The notes under the pieces: model-generated | What the model saw: only the letters and a program-made list of their open reading frames with translations | Database searches by the model: none | What the model was told of the DNA's origin: nothing | Position numbers and translations under genes: made by a program | Origin: an uncultured Acidobacteriota bacterium | GTDB lineage: Bacteria; Acidobacteriota; Thermoanaerobaculia; Gp7-AA8 | Direction of reading: 5' to 3' | DNA: 64,000 bases | Assembly: GCA_963822445.1 (NCBI GenBank) | Contig: CAWGHO010000001.1 | Span: 1,504,001-1,568,000, forward strand | Shown here: piece after piece, positions 27,728 to 36,681 of the stretch | How positions within the stretch are numbered: position 1 is the first letter of the stretch | Layout: each line of letters opens with the position of its first letter

Positions 27728-28258
27728 ATGTTGAATCGAATCTACACGATCGGCCATTCCACGCGGAGCCTGGCAGAGCTCGCCGGATTGCTGCAGGAGC
27801 ACGGCGTGACCCGTCTCGCGGACATCCGCCGCTTCCCTGGCTCGCGACGCCATCCGCACTTTTCAAAAGAGTCGCTCGAGCAGAACCTCCCTCGCGCCGG
27901 CGTCGAATACATCCATTTCGAGGCCCTCGGCGGAAGGCGCCGGCCGCTCGCGAGATCGCGGAACATGGGCTGGGAGAGCGAGCAGTTCCGCGGCTACGCC
28001 GATCACATGCTCTCCGGCGACGTTCGCGAAGCGATCGGACGCTTGCTCGACAGCGAAAAGCCGACCGCGGTCATGTGCGCCGAGGCCGTTCCGTGGAATT
28101 GCCATCGGAACCTGCTGTCGGATGACCTGGTGCGGCGCGGAATCGAAGTCATTCACATCACCGCGCCGGGGAAATCGCATGCGCACAAGATGAATGAGAT
28201 GGCGCGGATCGAGGGCGATTGCGTCGTTTACCCGCCCGAACAGGGCAAGATGTTCTAA
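27728..28258 (+). CDS. DUF488 family protein
   Basis: IYTIGHSTR, DIRRFPGSRRHPHF and MCAEAVPWNCHR. Confidence 0.92.
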   Translation: MLNRIYTIGHSTRSLAELAGLLQEHGVTRLADIRRFPGSRRHPHFSKESLEQNLPRAGVEYIHFEALGGRRRPLARSRNMGWESEQFRGYADHMLSGDVREAIGRLLDSEKPTAVMCAEAVPWNCHRNLLSDDLVRRGIEVIHITAPGKSHAHKMNEMARIEGDCVVYPPEQGKMF

Positions 28259-28293
28259 GCGGCTATAATCGGCGGCTCAGCGAACATCCCAAT

Positions 28294-30303
28294 ATGTCAA
28301 TCGCGGCCGAACAGCCGAGCGCCGGTGAACGGGACCTCGTCCTCGCCGTCGACGACAACGAGCAGAACCTGCAGTTGCTCGAAGAGTATCTGTGGAGCTG
28401 GGGCTACGACGTCGTGCTCGCGCGCGACGGCCGCGAAGCCGTGGAGCTCTACCCGCGCCACAACCCCTCGATCATCGTCCTCGACGTGATGATGCCGAAC
28501 ATGGACGGCTACGAGGCCTGCGGTCTGATCAAAGCCTCGCCGGGCGGCCGGACCATCCCCGTGCTCATGCTCACCGCGCTGACCGGGACCGACGACAAGA
28601 TCCGCGCCCTCGAATCCGGCGCCGACGACTTTCTCAACAAGCCCATCAATCGCGAAGAGTTGCGCACGCGCATTCGCTCGCTGATCAAGATCCGCAACCT
28701 ACGCAAAGAGCTCGACTCGAGCGAGAACATCATCATGACGCTCACCAGCGCGCTGGAGAGCAAGGACCCGCGCACCATCGGTCACGTGCAGCGCGTCGCC
28801 TCCTACGCGGCGCGGCTCTGCGACAAGCTGGGCATGAACCGCGACGAGCGGGAGACGATCATCAAAGGCGCGCTGCTGCACGACGTCGGCATGATCGGCG
28901 TGCCTGACGAGCTGCTCACGGCGACGTCGCTCGACGATGAAGAGCGCGGCCGCGTCGCCGAGCACGCGGTGATGGGAGCAGCGATCGTCGAGCCGATGAT
29001 CACCTTCCGCCAGTTCGTGCCTATCGTCCGCTGGCATCACGAGCGCTGGGACGGCAAGGGCTACCCCGACGGCCTGCGCGGCGACGCCATTCCGCTCGAG
29101 GCCCAGGTGGTCGGCATCGCCAACCGCTTCGACGAGATCCATCACGAGAAGTCGCTCACGGAAACGGATGCGATGAAAGAGTTGATGGCTGAGGCTGAGG
29201 GCGGCGCGTTCAACGAACAGCTGGCGAAGGTGTTCGCCGCGTCGCTCGACGAAGAAACGCCGACGGCGGTGACGTCGATGCACATCCGCCCGCGGGCCGA
29301 ACGCCGCGCGTGGGTGCTGTGCGTCGACGACAACCGGATGAACCGCGAGCTCGTCGCGGCGACTCTGGCCGAGGCGGGGATGCATACGGTTCTTGCTTCG
29401 AATGGACAGGAGGCGATGGACCTGCTCGAGCGCGAGCCGATCGACGTCGTGCTCCTCGACCTGCTCATGCCCGTGCAGGATGGAAACTCCACGCTCGTGG
29501 CGTTGCGCGCGGACTCGCGGTACGAGTTCCTGCCGGCGATCGTGCTGACGTCACACCGCGACAGCCGCCTGCGTCAGGAGGCGATCGTGGCCGGGGCGGA
29601 CGACTTCATCAACTATCCGCTGAACCGTCTGGAGCTGGTGACGCGCATTCATTCGCTGCTGCGGATCAAGGAGTACCACGCCGATCTCGAGCAAACGCAG
29701 AACGTGATCTGCGCGCTGGCGCTGGCGCTGGAAGCGAAGGACCGGTACACCCGCGGTCACTCCCAGCGCGTGGGCGATCTCGCCCGCAACTTCGCCCTGC
29801 ACCTGGGCATGCCCGCGGCCATCGCCGAGCGGATCCGCACCGCGGGACTGCTTCACGACATCGGCAAGATTGCCGTGCCGGAGAAGCTGCTGAACAAGAA
29901 CGGCCCGCTGACACGCGACGAGTTCATGCGCGTGATCGATCACCCGGTCATCGGCGAGGAAATGGTCCGCCCGCTGGCGACGCTGAGCGAAGTGCTGCAG
30001 CTGATCCGCCACCATCACGAGCGCTACGACGGCCGCGGGTATCCCGATGGATTGAAGGGCGACAAGATTCCGTACGAGGTGCGCGTGCTGTCGATCGTCG
30101 ACGCCTACGACGCGCTGACCTCGCACCGCTCCTACCGCCCCGCCCCCCTCACCCACGACGCCGCGATCGCCACTCTTCGCCGCGAAGCGACGGGCGGAAA
30201 GTGGGACCCGGAGATGGTGGAACGCTTCGCGGCGATGCTCGGCGCAACGCCACCGGTGTGGGAGCAGATTTTGAGGCCGGCGCCGGTGCTCAAGCTCGCG
30301 TAG
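28294..30303 (+). CDS. REC-HD-GYP-REC-HD-GYP cyclic-dinucleotide phosphodiesterase
   Basis: Two receiver domains and two HD/HHE..DG.GYP domains; TATAAT at 28264. Confidence 0.92.
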   Translation: MSIAAEQPSAGERDLVLAVDDNEQNLQLLEEYLWSWGYDVVLARDGREAVELYPRHNPSIIVLDVMMPNMDGYEACGLIKASPGGRTIPVLMLTALTGTDDKIRALESGADDFLNKPINREELRTRIRSLIKIRNLRKELDSSENIIMTLTSALESKDPRTIGHVQRVASYAARLCDKLGMNRDERETIIKGALLHDVGMIGVPDELLTATSLDDEERGRVAEHAVMGAAIVEPMITFRQFVPIVRWHHERWDGKGYPDGLRGDAIPLEAQVVGIANRFDEIHHEKSLTETDAMKELMAEAEGGAFNEQLAKVFAASLDEETPTAVTSMHIRPRAERRAWVLCVDDNRMNRELVAATLAEAGMHTVLASNGQEAMDLLEREPIDVVLLDLLMPVQDGNSTLVALRADSRYEFLPAIVLTSHRDSRLRQEAIVAGADDFINYPLNRLELVTRIHSLLRIKEYHADLEQTQNVICALALALEAKDRYTRGHSQRVGDLARNFALHLGMPAAIAERIRTAGLLHDIGKIAVPEKLLNKNGPLTRDEFMRVIDHPVIGEEMVRPLATLSEVLQLIRHHHERYDGRGYPDGLKGDKIPYEVRVLSIVDAYDALTSHRSYRPAPLTHDAAIATLRREATGGKWDPEMVERFAAMLGATPPVWEQILRPAPVLKLA

Positions 30304-30312
30304 CGAGCTTCT

Positions 30313-30386
30313 CAGGGACGAGGTACGAGGTACGAGTGGGTCTTGCGCTGATTTACTCGTCCCTCGTACCTCGTTGCTCGTCCCTG
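30313..30386. repeat. Inverted array of 7-bp units (GTACGAG / CTCGTAC) between convergent genes
   Basis: GGACGAG GTACGAG GTACGAG ... CTCGTCC CTCGTAC CTCGTTG CTCGTCC. Confidence 0.75.
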
Positions 30387-31399
30387 CGCGCGATGGCGCG
30401 AATCACATCAGCGATGGGAATCGCTTTTACACGGCCCACGTCGGTGGCGCGTAGCAACGAGTTGTAGATCGCTTCTTCCGTGGCTTCGATGACCGCCAGG
30501 AACAACGGTGACATGTCGTCGTTCTTCACCAGGCTCGTCGCGTTGCGGGCGGTGGAGAAGGCGATGGCGTAGTCGCCGCTGCCGTTCGAGCCGGCAGCGC
30601 CGGTGCGGGCCAGGCCAAGCATCGCTCGCGCGCCCATCCGCTTCAGGTTGCGGGCGTCGACCGGCGCGTCGGTGGCGATGACGATCATGATCGAGCCGTC
30701 GCCTTTATCCGGTGCGCGGCCCATCGGCGCGCCGGCGATGGTGAGTGAGCCGCCGAAGTTCGACTGCACCAGCACGCCCACCGTCCACCCGCCCGCCACC
30801 CTGCGCGAAGACGTGCCGATGCCGCCTTTCCAGCCGAAGGCGATGGTTCCCGTGCCTGCGCCGACACTTCCCTCGTCGACCGGGCCGTCCTTGGCGTTTC
30901 TGATCGCGGCGAAGACTTCCTCGCGGCCGACGTGGCGTCCGCGGATGTCGTTCAGCTGTCCGTCATTCGTCTCACCGACGACGACGTTGATCGAGCGCAC
31001 CTGTTCGTTCCCGGGCAGAGCGAGCATGTGATCGATCAGCGCATCGGCGACGCGGGGGACGTTCAGCGTCGAGGTCAGCGCGATCGGCGACTCGATCTCC
31101 CCCAGCTCCTCGATCTGCGTCGATCCCATCAGCTTCCCGAAGCCATTGCCGACGAACACTGCACCGGGGACCTTCTCGCGGAACAGATTCCCGCCGTGCG
31201 GAAGGATCACCGTCACGCCGGTGCGCACGGTCTCGCCGCGAATCACCGTGGTCTGGCCCACGCGAACGCCCGCGACGTCGGTGATCGCGTTCAGCGGTCC
31301 GGGCGGCAGGTTTCCGGGGGTGATGCCCAGGTCGCGGGCGCGCGGGCGGCCGGGGGCGACCGTGGCCAGGATGGTCAGCAGCAGAACCAGAGCGTGCAT
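30353..31399 (-). CDS. DmpA-like (S58/P1 family) aminopeptidase
   Basis: NAITDVAGVRVG, GETND, EGSVGAGTG, DGS autoproteolysis site and GSGDYAIAFST. Confidence 0.9.
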   Translation of the reverse strand: MHALVLLLTILATVAPGRPRARDLGITPGNLPPGPLNAITDVAGVRVGQTTVIRGETVRTGVTVILPHGGNLFREKVPGAVFVGNGFGKLMGSTQIEELGEIESPIALTSTLNVPRVADALIDHMLALPGNEQVRSINVVVGETNDGQLNDIRGRHVGREEVFAAIRNAKDGPVDEGSVGAGTGTIAFGWKGGIGTSSRRVAGGWTVGVLVQSNFGGSLTIAGAPMGRAPDKGDGSIMIVIATDAPVDARNLKRMGARAMLGLARTGAAGSNGSGDYAIAFSTARNATSLVKNDDMSPLFLAVIEATEEAIYNSLLRATDVGRVKAIPIADVIRAIARRDEQRGTRDE

Positions 31400-31406
31400 G
31401 GACGCA

Positions 31407-31416
31407 ATGCTATATT
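31407..31416. promoter_or_regulatory. Overlapping bidirectional -10 elements (ATGCTATATT)
   Basis: - TAGCAT lies 7 nt before ATG 31399; + TATATT lies upstream of ribF. Confidence 0.5.
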
Positions 31417-31436
31417 CGCGGCCCCAAACGCCCTCC

Positions 31437-32375
31437 ATGCTCGTCTTCACCGATCCTCTCCGGCAGACCGATCTCCCCCGCGGCTGCGTGGCGACGATCG
31501 GAAACTTCGACGGCATGCATGTCGGCCATCAGCAGATCGTCCGCGGCGTCGTGCAGCAGGCCCAGGACACCGGCCGCCCCTCCGCGGTGATCACTTTTCA
31601 CCCGCATCCGCTCTCGGTCGTCGCACCGGATCGCGTTCCGAAGCAAATCCTCACGCTCGCCCAGAAGGAAGAGCTGCTGCGCGAGATGGGCGTGGACGCG
31701 CTGCTGGTCGTCCCCTTCTCCCACGAGTTCTCGCGCTGGACGGCCGACCGTTTCATCGATGAGTTCCTCGTCGAAGCGCTGAACGTGAAGGAAGTGCGCA
31801 TCGGCCGCGATTTCTGCTTCGGCGCGGGCCGCGAAGGGAACCTCGAGCTCCTCACTGCAGCCGGGAAGCGCCACGGCTTCGAAGTCCTCGGCCACGGCGA
31901 CGTGAAAATCCGCGGCATCCGCGTGTCCAGCTCGATCGTCCGCGACGCCATCGCCAAAGGCGCCATGCACATCGTCAATCTCGCCCTCGGCCGCACCTAC
32001 TTCATCGACGGCCGCGTCGCGACGGGCCGGAAGCTCGGACGGAAGATCGGCTTTCCGACGGTGAACATGGATCCTTACAACGAGCTTTTCCCCGGCGGCG
32101 GCGTGTTCGTCACTACGTCGCGCTTCGAGAGCTTCGACCGCTCGTTCGCCAGCGTGACCAACATCGGCGTGCGGCCGACGCTCTACGAAAATTACGCGAC
32201 CACGATCGAGAGCCACATCCTCGATTTCGACTCCAACGTCTACGGCGACACGGTGCGCCTCTACTTCCACGGACTGCTGCGCCGCGAGCAGCAGTTCCGC
32301 TCCGCGCTGGAACTGACGAACCAGATCCGGCAGGACATCGAGCGCTCCCGCCGCTACTTCCTGCAGCATGGCTGA
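31437..32375 (+). CDS. ribF: Bifunctional riboflavin kinase / FAD synthetase
   Basis: IGNFDGMHVGH, TFHPHP, VSSS.VR, GRKIGFPTVN, NIGVRPT and ESHILDF. Confidence 0.95.
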   Translation: MLVFTDPLRQTDLPRGCVATIGNFDGMHVGHQQIVRGVVQQAQDTGRPSAVITFHPHPLSVVAPDRVPKQILTLAQKEELLREMGVDALLVVPFSHEFSRWTADRFIDEFLVEALNVKEVRIGRDFCFGAGREGNLELLTAAGKRHGFEVLGHGDVKIRGIRVSSSIVRDAIAKGAMHIVNLALGRTYFIDGRVATGRKLGRKIGFPTVNMDPYNELFPGGGVFVTTSRFESFDRSFASVTNIGVRPTLYENYATTIESHILDFDSNVYGDTVRLYFHGLLRREQQFRSALELTNQIRQDIERSRRYFLQHG

Positions 32376-33231
32376 TCCCGTCCTGGCTCTCGTGCTCATC
32401 GCGGCGTTCTTCCTCGCCGCCACCGTCGCGTACTTTTTCAAGACGCTGGAGAGCGATCTCTGGCGCGACGCGCAGATCCCGATCATCGCCGGAGTGGTCT
32501 GCGGCGTGATCATCCGCCTCGCGCCCCGCATCACGAATCAGCACGCGATCGTGGTCGGGGTGATCCTGACGCTCGCCGCGCTGTACGTCCGCCTCACCGG
32601 CCGGGAGAGTGAGCCCGCCGACGGTATGACCCTCGGCGCAATGACCGGTGCGGCGGCAGCGATTCCGCTGGTCTTCGCCGGCGAGCGCGAGTTGCTCTCA
32701 TTCGCCGAGTGCATCCTCGCCGGCGCCGTGGCCGGTTACGGGATCACGTTCGGCCTGACGCACGTCCGCGATCGGATGAAGCAAGCGCTGATCGACGCTT
32801 TCACCGCAGCGCTAGCCATCGCCGCCGCGGCAGCACCGTCGTTTTTCGCCGGCCGCATTTCGGATCGCAACATCGCCATCGCCGCCGCAGCCATCGTCCC
32901 CGTGCTGATCGTCGCCGCGGTCTTCAAGCAATGGCCGACAGTCCGCGGCGAGCTCCGCCACGAAGCCGCCCTCGGCGTGATCGACAACGAGGACGTCCGC
33001 CCCACCGCCCACCCTTTCCTCCGCCTCGGCCGCGCAGGCTGGCACGACGCCCGCGCGCACCGCCAATTCGTCCGCATCGCCAACAAAATCGCGCTCCGCA
33101 AACGGCAACAGCGAGGGCGTTCGGAGGATGTGGCCCGCCTCTACCAGCTGGAAGTGATCAAGCTGCGGATGGAGCTGCAGGAGATGACGCGGATCGATCG
33201 CGCTATGCGTGCTCACTCCAATGGACTCTAA
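32368..33231 (+). CDS. Membrane protein, degenerate PrsW-like
   Basis: About 7 TMs; EPADGMTLGA resembles the PrsW segment; basic C-terminal helix; no EExxK motif. Confidence 0.55.
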   Translation: MADPVLALVLIAAFFLAATVAYFFKTLESDLWRDAQIPIIAGVVCGVIIRLAPRITNQHAIVVGVILTLAALYVRLTGRESEPADGMTLGAMTGAAAAIPLVFAGERELLSFAECILAGAVAGYGITFGLTHVRDRMKQALIDAFTAALAIAAAAAPSFFAGRISDRNIAIAAAAIVPVLIVAAVFKQWPTVRGELRHEAALGVIDNEDVRPTAHPFLRLGRAGWHDARAHRQFVRIANKIALRKRQQRGRSEDVARLYQLEVIKLRMELQEMTRIDRAMRAHSNGL

Positions 33232-33386
33232 CTTCATCCTTCGGCGCGCAGCGCCGGAGGATCAACGGTTACACCGGGTCCATGTGGCCGAACGTGCAGC
33301 GTCTCTGGCTCCGGCTGCCGCGGTGTAACCGTTGATCCTCCGCGCCCCCGCACCCCCGCCCGCGCGAAGGATGGAGTGCGAGTCCA
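33222..33386. repeat. Nested inverted-repeat (REP-like) element upstream of lptD
   Basis: 22-bp perfect IR CGGAGGATCAACGGTTACACCG (33255-33276 / 33321-33342); outer IR CTTCATCCTTCG / CGAAGGATGGAG. Confidence 0.8.
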
Positions 33387-33404
33387 CTACAATGCGCCCA
33401 GCCA

Positions 33405-35642
33405 ATGCGCAGAACGTTCTGCCTCTTACTGCTCCTCACCGCAGCCGCCGTTTCCGCTCAGGTCCCGAAGTTCAAATTCATCCCCGGGCCCAAGCCTGGT
33501 GGTGGGGACATCAAGGTCAGCGTCGCGGAGAAAAACGGCATCCTCGAAGTCCAGAAAGACGAGTACATGCTTCTGGAGAACGAGGTCCGCGTCGAGTACC
33601 AGGACATCAAAGTCGCGGCCGACAAGGTCACGGTCAACCTGCGCACGCATGACGTCGTGGCCGAGGGGCATGTCGTCATCGATCAGGGGCCGACGCGGGT
33701 CACCGCCAACCAAGCCTTCTACAACCTCACCAGCAAGACCGGCACGTTCTTCAACGCCACCGCGGTCATGGATCCCTCGATGTACTTCGCCGGCGATCGC
33801 ATCGAGAAAGTCGATGCCGATACGTACCGGATGACCAACGGCACCTTCACCTCATGCGAGCTCGATCGTCCGGCGTGGTCCTTTCACGTCGGCAGCGCCG
33901 ACGTGAACCTCGACGACTACGCGTACATGAGCGACATCAAGTTCCGCGCGGGCGGGCTGCCGGTGTTCTACCTGCCGAGGCTCATCTGGCCGACCAAGCG
34001 CGATCGGTCGAAGGGACTACTCATTCCGCGGGCGCGTTATGTCGAGAAATTCGGGTCGCGGCTGGAGATGGGCTACTTCATGCCCTTCGGCGAATCCGTC
34101 GACGCGACTTTGTACGCCGACGTCAATTTCCAGAAGTACTTCGGGGCCGGCCTCGAGCTTCGTTACGTGCCGTCCGAGAACGTGAAGATCGGCGATCTCC
34201 GGGCGCACATGGTCCACAACGCCGCGCGGAGTCAGCTGGAGTGGAAGTATCAGTACCAGCACGCGCAGGAAAACCTGCCGGGTGGCTTCCGCGGCGTCGT
34301 CGACATCCAGGATTTCTCCAATCTCGACTTCTTCCGCGAGTACGACGACGACACGCGGCTGCACACCCTCTCGAACATCTACTCATCCGCGTACCTGACG
34401 AAAAACCGGCCGAAATACTCGCTGAACATCCTCTCCGACCGCCGCGACATCGAGCTGCTCGTGCCGAATCCGGACGACATCACTGAGCTGGTCACGGCGC
34501 GGCAGCGTTTCGAGCAGCTTCCGTCGCTGCAATTGCGCATGTATCCGCAGCGCATCGGCGGAACTCCGATTTACTTCTCGATGGAATCATCGGCGTCGCA
34601 TCTGCGATCGGGAGGCGTCAGCCCGACCGGCGAGCGTCGCGTCGATGCCGATTACTCGCGCGCTGACATTTTCCCGACGGTCGCGCTGCAGCTCCGTACC
34701 CCGCCGTGGCTCTCGCTCAAACCGCAGCTTTCCGTGCGACAGACCTTCTACACGGCCAGCCTGCAATGTCCGGATGAAACGGAAACCTGCTTCGATCGCG
34801 AGCTGCGCGATGACGAGTCCATCTCCCGTTTCTACGCGCAGGGACAGGTCGAAGCGGTCGGACCGTCGTTCTCGCGCGTCTTCAATCGCGCGGCCGGCGG
34901 TTTCAGCCGCTTCAAGCACGTCATCGAGCCGCGCGTCCGCTACGTCTACACGACCGACGTGAAGAATCGGAACGAGATCGTCCGCTTCGACACCGTCGAC
35001 TCGCCGTTCCTGCCGCTGGTGCAGGACTCGGTCGAGTACTCGCTCACCCAGCGCCTGATCGGCAAGGAAGCGGCGGAAGGCGGCAACGCGCGCGAAGTGC
35101 TGTCATTCGCGCTGCGCCAGAGCGTCGCGCTTTCCGAACCGTTCCAACGGCCGGGATCGACGACGACCACCGCGAGCGAGCACAAGTTCACGCCGCTCCT
35201 CGCATCGCTCCGCTTCAATCCCTACCAGTCCATCACCCTCGACGCCTCGGCGACCTTCGGCAACGTCTCTCATCAACTCGATCAGGTCAGCCTCTCGGCG
35301 AACATCGTCGGCACCGGCGCGCGCGCCGACAAGTACATGCACTTCACCTGGTTCTCCTCGTTCAATCCTCCGGGGTTCACCGACGCGGGATCGAGCCAGG
35401 TGCGCCTCAACGCCGGCTCGGCGATCGTACGCGATCGCATTCGCGCAGACGTGCAGCTCAACTTCGACATCAAGGACCAGAAGTTCCTCGAGCAGCGCTA
35501 CCTCCTCGGCTGGACAGGCTCCTGCTACGGAATCGCCGTCGAGTACCGCAACTACTTCCTCTTCGGCGTCACCGATCCGAACCGCAACAGCTTCGGCATC
35601 GCCCTCACGCTCAAGAACGTCGGGACGATCCCCATCAACTAA
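33405..35642 (+). CDS. lptD: LPS-assembly outer membrane protein LptD
   Basis: Signal peptide, OstA-like N-domain, FTSC...PAW, PVFYLP, R.KGLLIP, KHVIEP and beta-barrel C-terminus. Confidence 0.88.
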   Translation: MRRTFCLLLLLTAAAVSAQVPKFKFIPGPKPGGGDIKVSVAEKNGILEVQKDEYMLLENEVRVEYQDIKVAADKVTVNLRTHDVVAEGHVVIDQGPTRVTANQAFYNLTSKTGTFFNATAVMDPSMYFAGDRIEKVDADTYRMTNGTFTSCELDRPAWSFHVGSADVNLDDYAYMSDIKFRAGGLPVFYLPRLIWPTKRDRSKGLLIPRARYVEKFGSRLEMGYFMPFGESVDATLYADVNFQKYFGAGLELRYVPSENVKIGDLRAHMVHNAARSQLEWKYQYQHAQENLPGGFRGVVDIQDFSNLDFFREYDDDTRLHTLSNIYSSAYLTKNRPKYSLNILSDRRDIELLVPNPDDITELVTARQRFEQLPSLQLRMYPQRIGGTPIYFSMESSASHLRSGGVSPTGERRVDADYSRADIFPTVALQLRTPPWLSLKPQLSVRQTFYTASLQCPDETETCFDRELRDDESISRFYAQGQVEAVGPSFSRVFNRAAGGFSRFKHVIEPRVRYVYTTDVKNRNEIVRFDTVDSPFLPLVQDSVEYSLTQRLIGKEAAEGGNAREVLSFALRQSVALSEPFQRPGSTTTTASEHKFTPLLASLRFNPYQSITLDASATFGNVSHQLDQVSLSANIVGTGARADKYMHFTWFSSFNPPGFTDAGSSQVRLNAGSAIVRDRIRADVQLNFDIKDQKFLEQRYLLGWTGSCYGIAVEYRNYFLFGVTDPNRNSFGIALTLKNVGTIPIN

Positions 35643-36004
35643 TGCGCGGTCTGTTGCTGGCGGTGCTGCTCTTCACCGCGTGCCGCTCCGAGGAGCCTCC
35701 TGTCCCCGATGCGGCGTTGCGTGACATTCTTTTTCAGATACGGAAGGCGATCGATCATTTTCACGACGACAACGGCCACTATCCGCATTCTCTGGAGGAC
35801 CTCGTTCCGCGTTATCTCAGGCGGATTCCCGTCGATCCGGTGACGAAGTCGTCGACGACATGGCGGCTCGTGACCGAGCAGACCGTCCAGCCGAGCGCGG
35901 ATTTCTCGGCGACCGCAGCGCCGGCTTCGAAGCCGGAGATCTATGACGTCCACAGCGGCGCCACAGGCACCGATTCGACCGGGAAAGCGTGGGCGGATTA
36001 CTGA
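35642..36004 (+). CDS. Lipoprotein with GspG-like pseudopilin head domain
   Basis: Lipobox FTAC; IRKAID.F..DNG.YP.SLEDLV..YLRRIPVDP.T and DVHSG. Confidence 0.7.
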   Translation: MRGLLLAVLLFTACRSEEPPVPDAALRDILFQIRKAIDHFHDDNGHYPHSLEDLVPRYLRRIPVDPVTKSSTTWRLVTEQTVQPSADFSATAAPASKPEIYDVHSGATGTDSTGKAWADY

Positions 36005-36681
36005 TGCCCAACGTCTACACTTTCAAGGATTTCGAGGGCAGCTCGCACCGCATCCTGATCGACCTGATCGGACGTCACGCGAAGCGGCGCGGCACGCTGC
36101 TCGATCTCGGTGCCGCGGGCGGCGAGTTGGGCGCGTCGCTGCGCGATCAATTCGAACGGACGATCGGCTTCGAGTTCAACGTCGATTGCGTGTCGACGCT
36201 GACGAAGTGTTTCGATCAGGCGGTCATCGCCGATCTGGAGAAGGTCAAGCGCCTGCCCACGGACATCGACGTGATCGTGCTCGCCGACGTGCTCGAGCAT
36301 CTGCGCAGTCCGACCTCGACGCTCGCACTCGTGCGGGAGTCGCTCGCGCCGGACGGCCGTGCCTTCATCTCCGTCCCGAACATCGCCAACATCACCGTCC
36401 GCCTGGGCCTGCTCTTCGGCATCTTCGAATATCGCGATCGCGGCATCCTCGATTCGACCCACCTGCGCTTCTACACCAAGCGCACGATCCGCCGCGAGAT
36501 CGAAAACGCAGGCTTCGAGATCCTGGACATGCGCGGCTCCTCGGTACCGATCCGCCTGATCATCGGCAAGTACACGCCGGAACCGATCCTGCGGGTCGGT
36601 GAACGATTACTGTCGCTGCTCACGAGGCTCTGGCGGGGGCTGTTCGCCTACCAGATCATCATCGTCGCCGCGCGGAAATGA
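36004..36681 (+). CDS. Class I SAM-dependent methyltransferase
   Basis: LDLGAAGG, DVLEHL, ISVPN and GILDSTHLRFYT. Confidence 0.88.
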   Translation: MPNVYTFKDFEGSSHRILIDLIGRHAKRRGTLLDLGAAGGELGASLRDQFERTIGFEFNVDCVSTLTKCFDQAVIADLEKVKRLPTDIDVIVLADVLEHLRSPTSTLALVRESLAPDGRAFISVPNIANITVRLGLLFGIFEYRDRGILDSTHLRFYTKRTIRREIENAGFEILDMRGSSVPIRLIIGKYTPEPILRVGERLLSLLTRLWRGLFAYQIIIVAARK

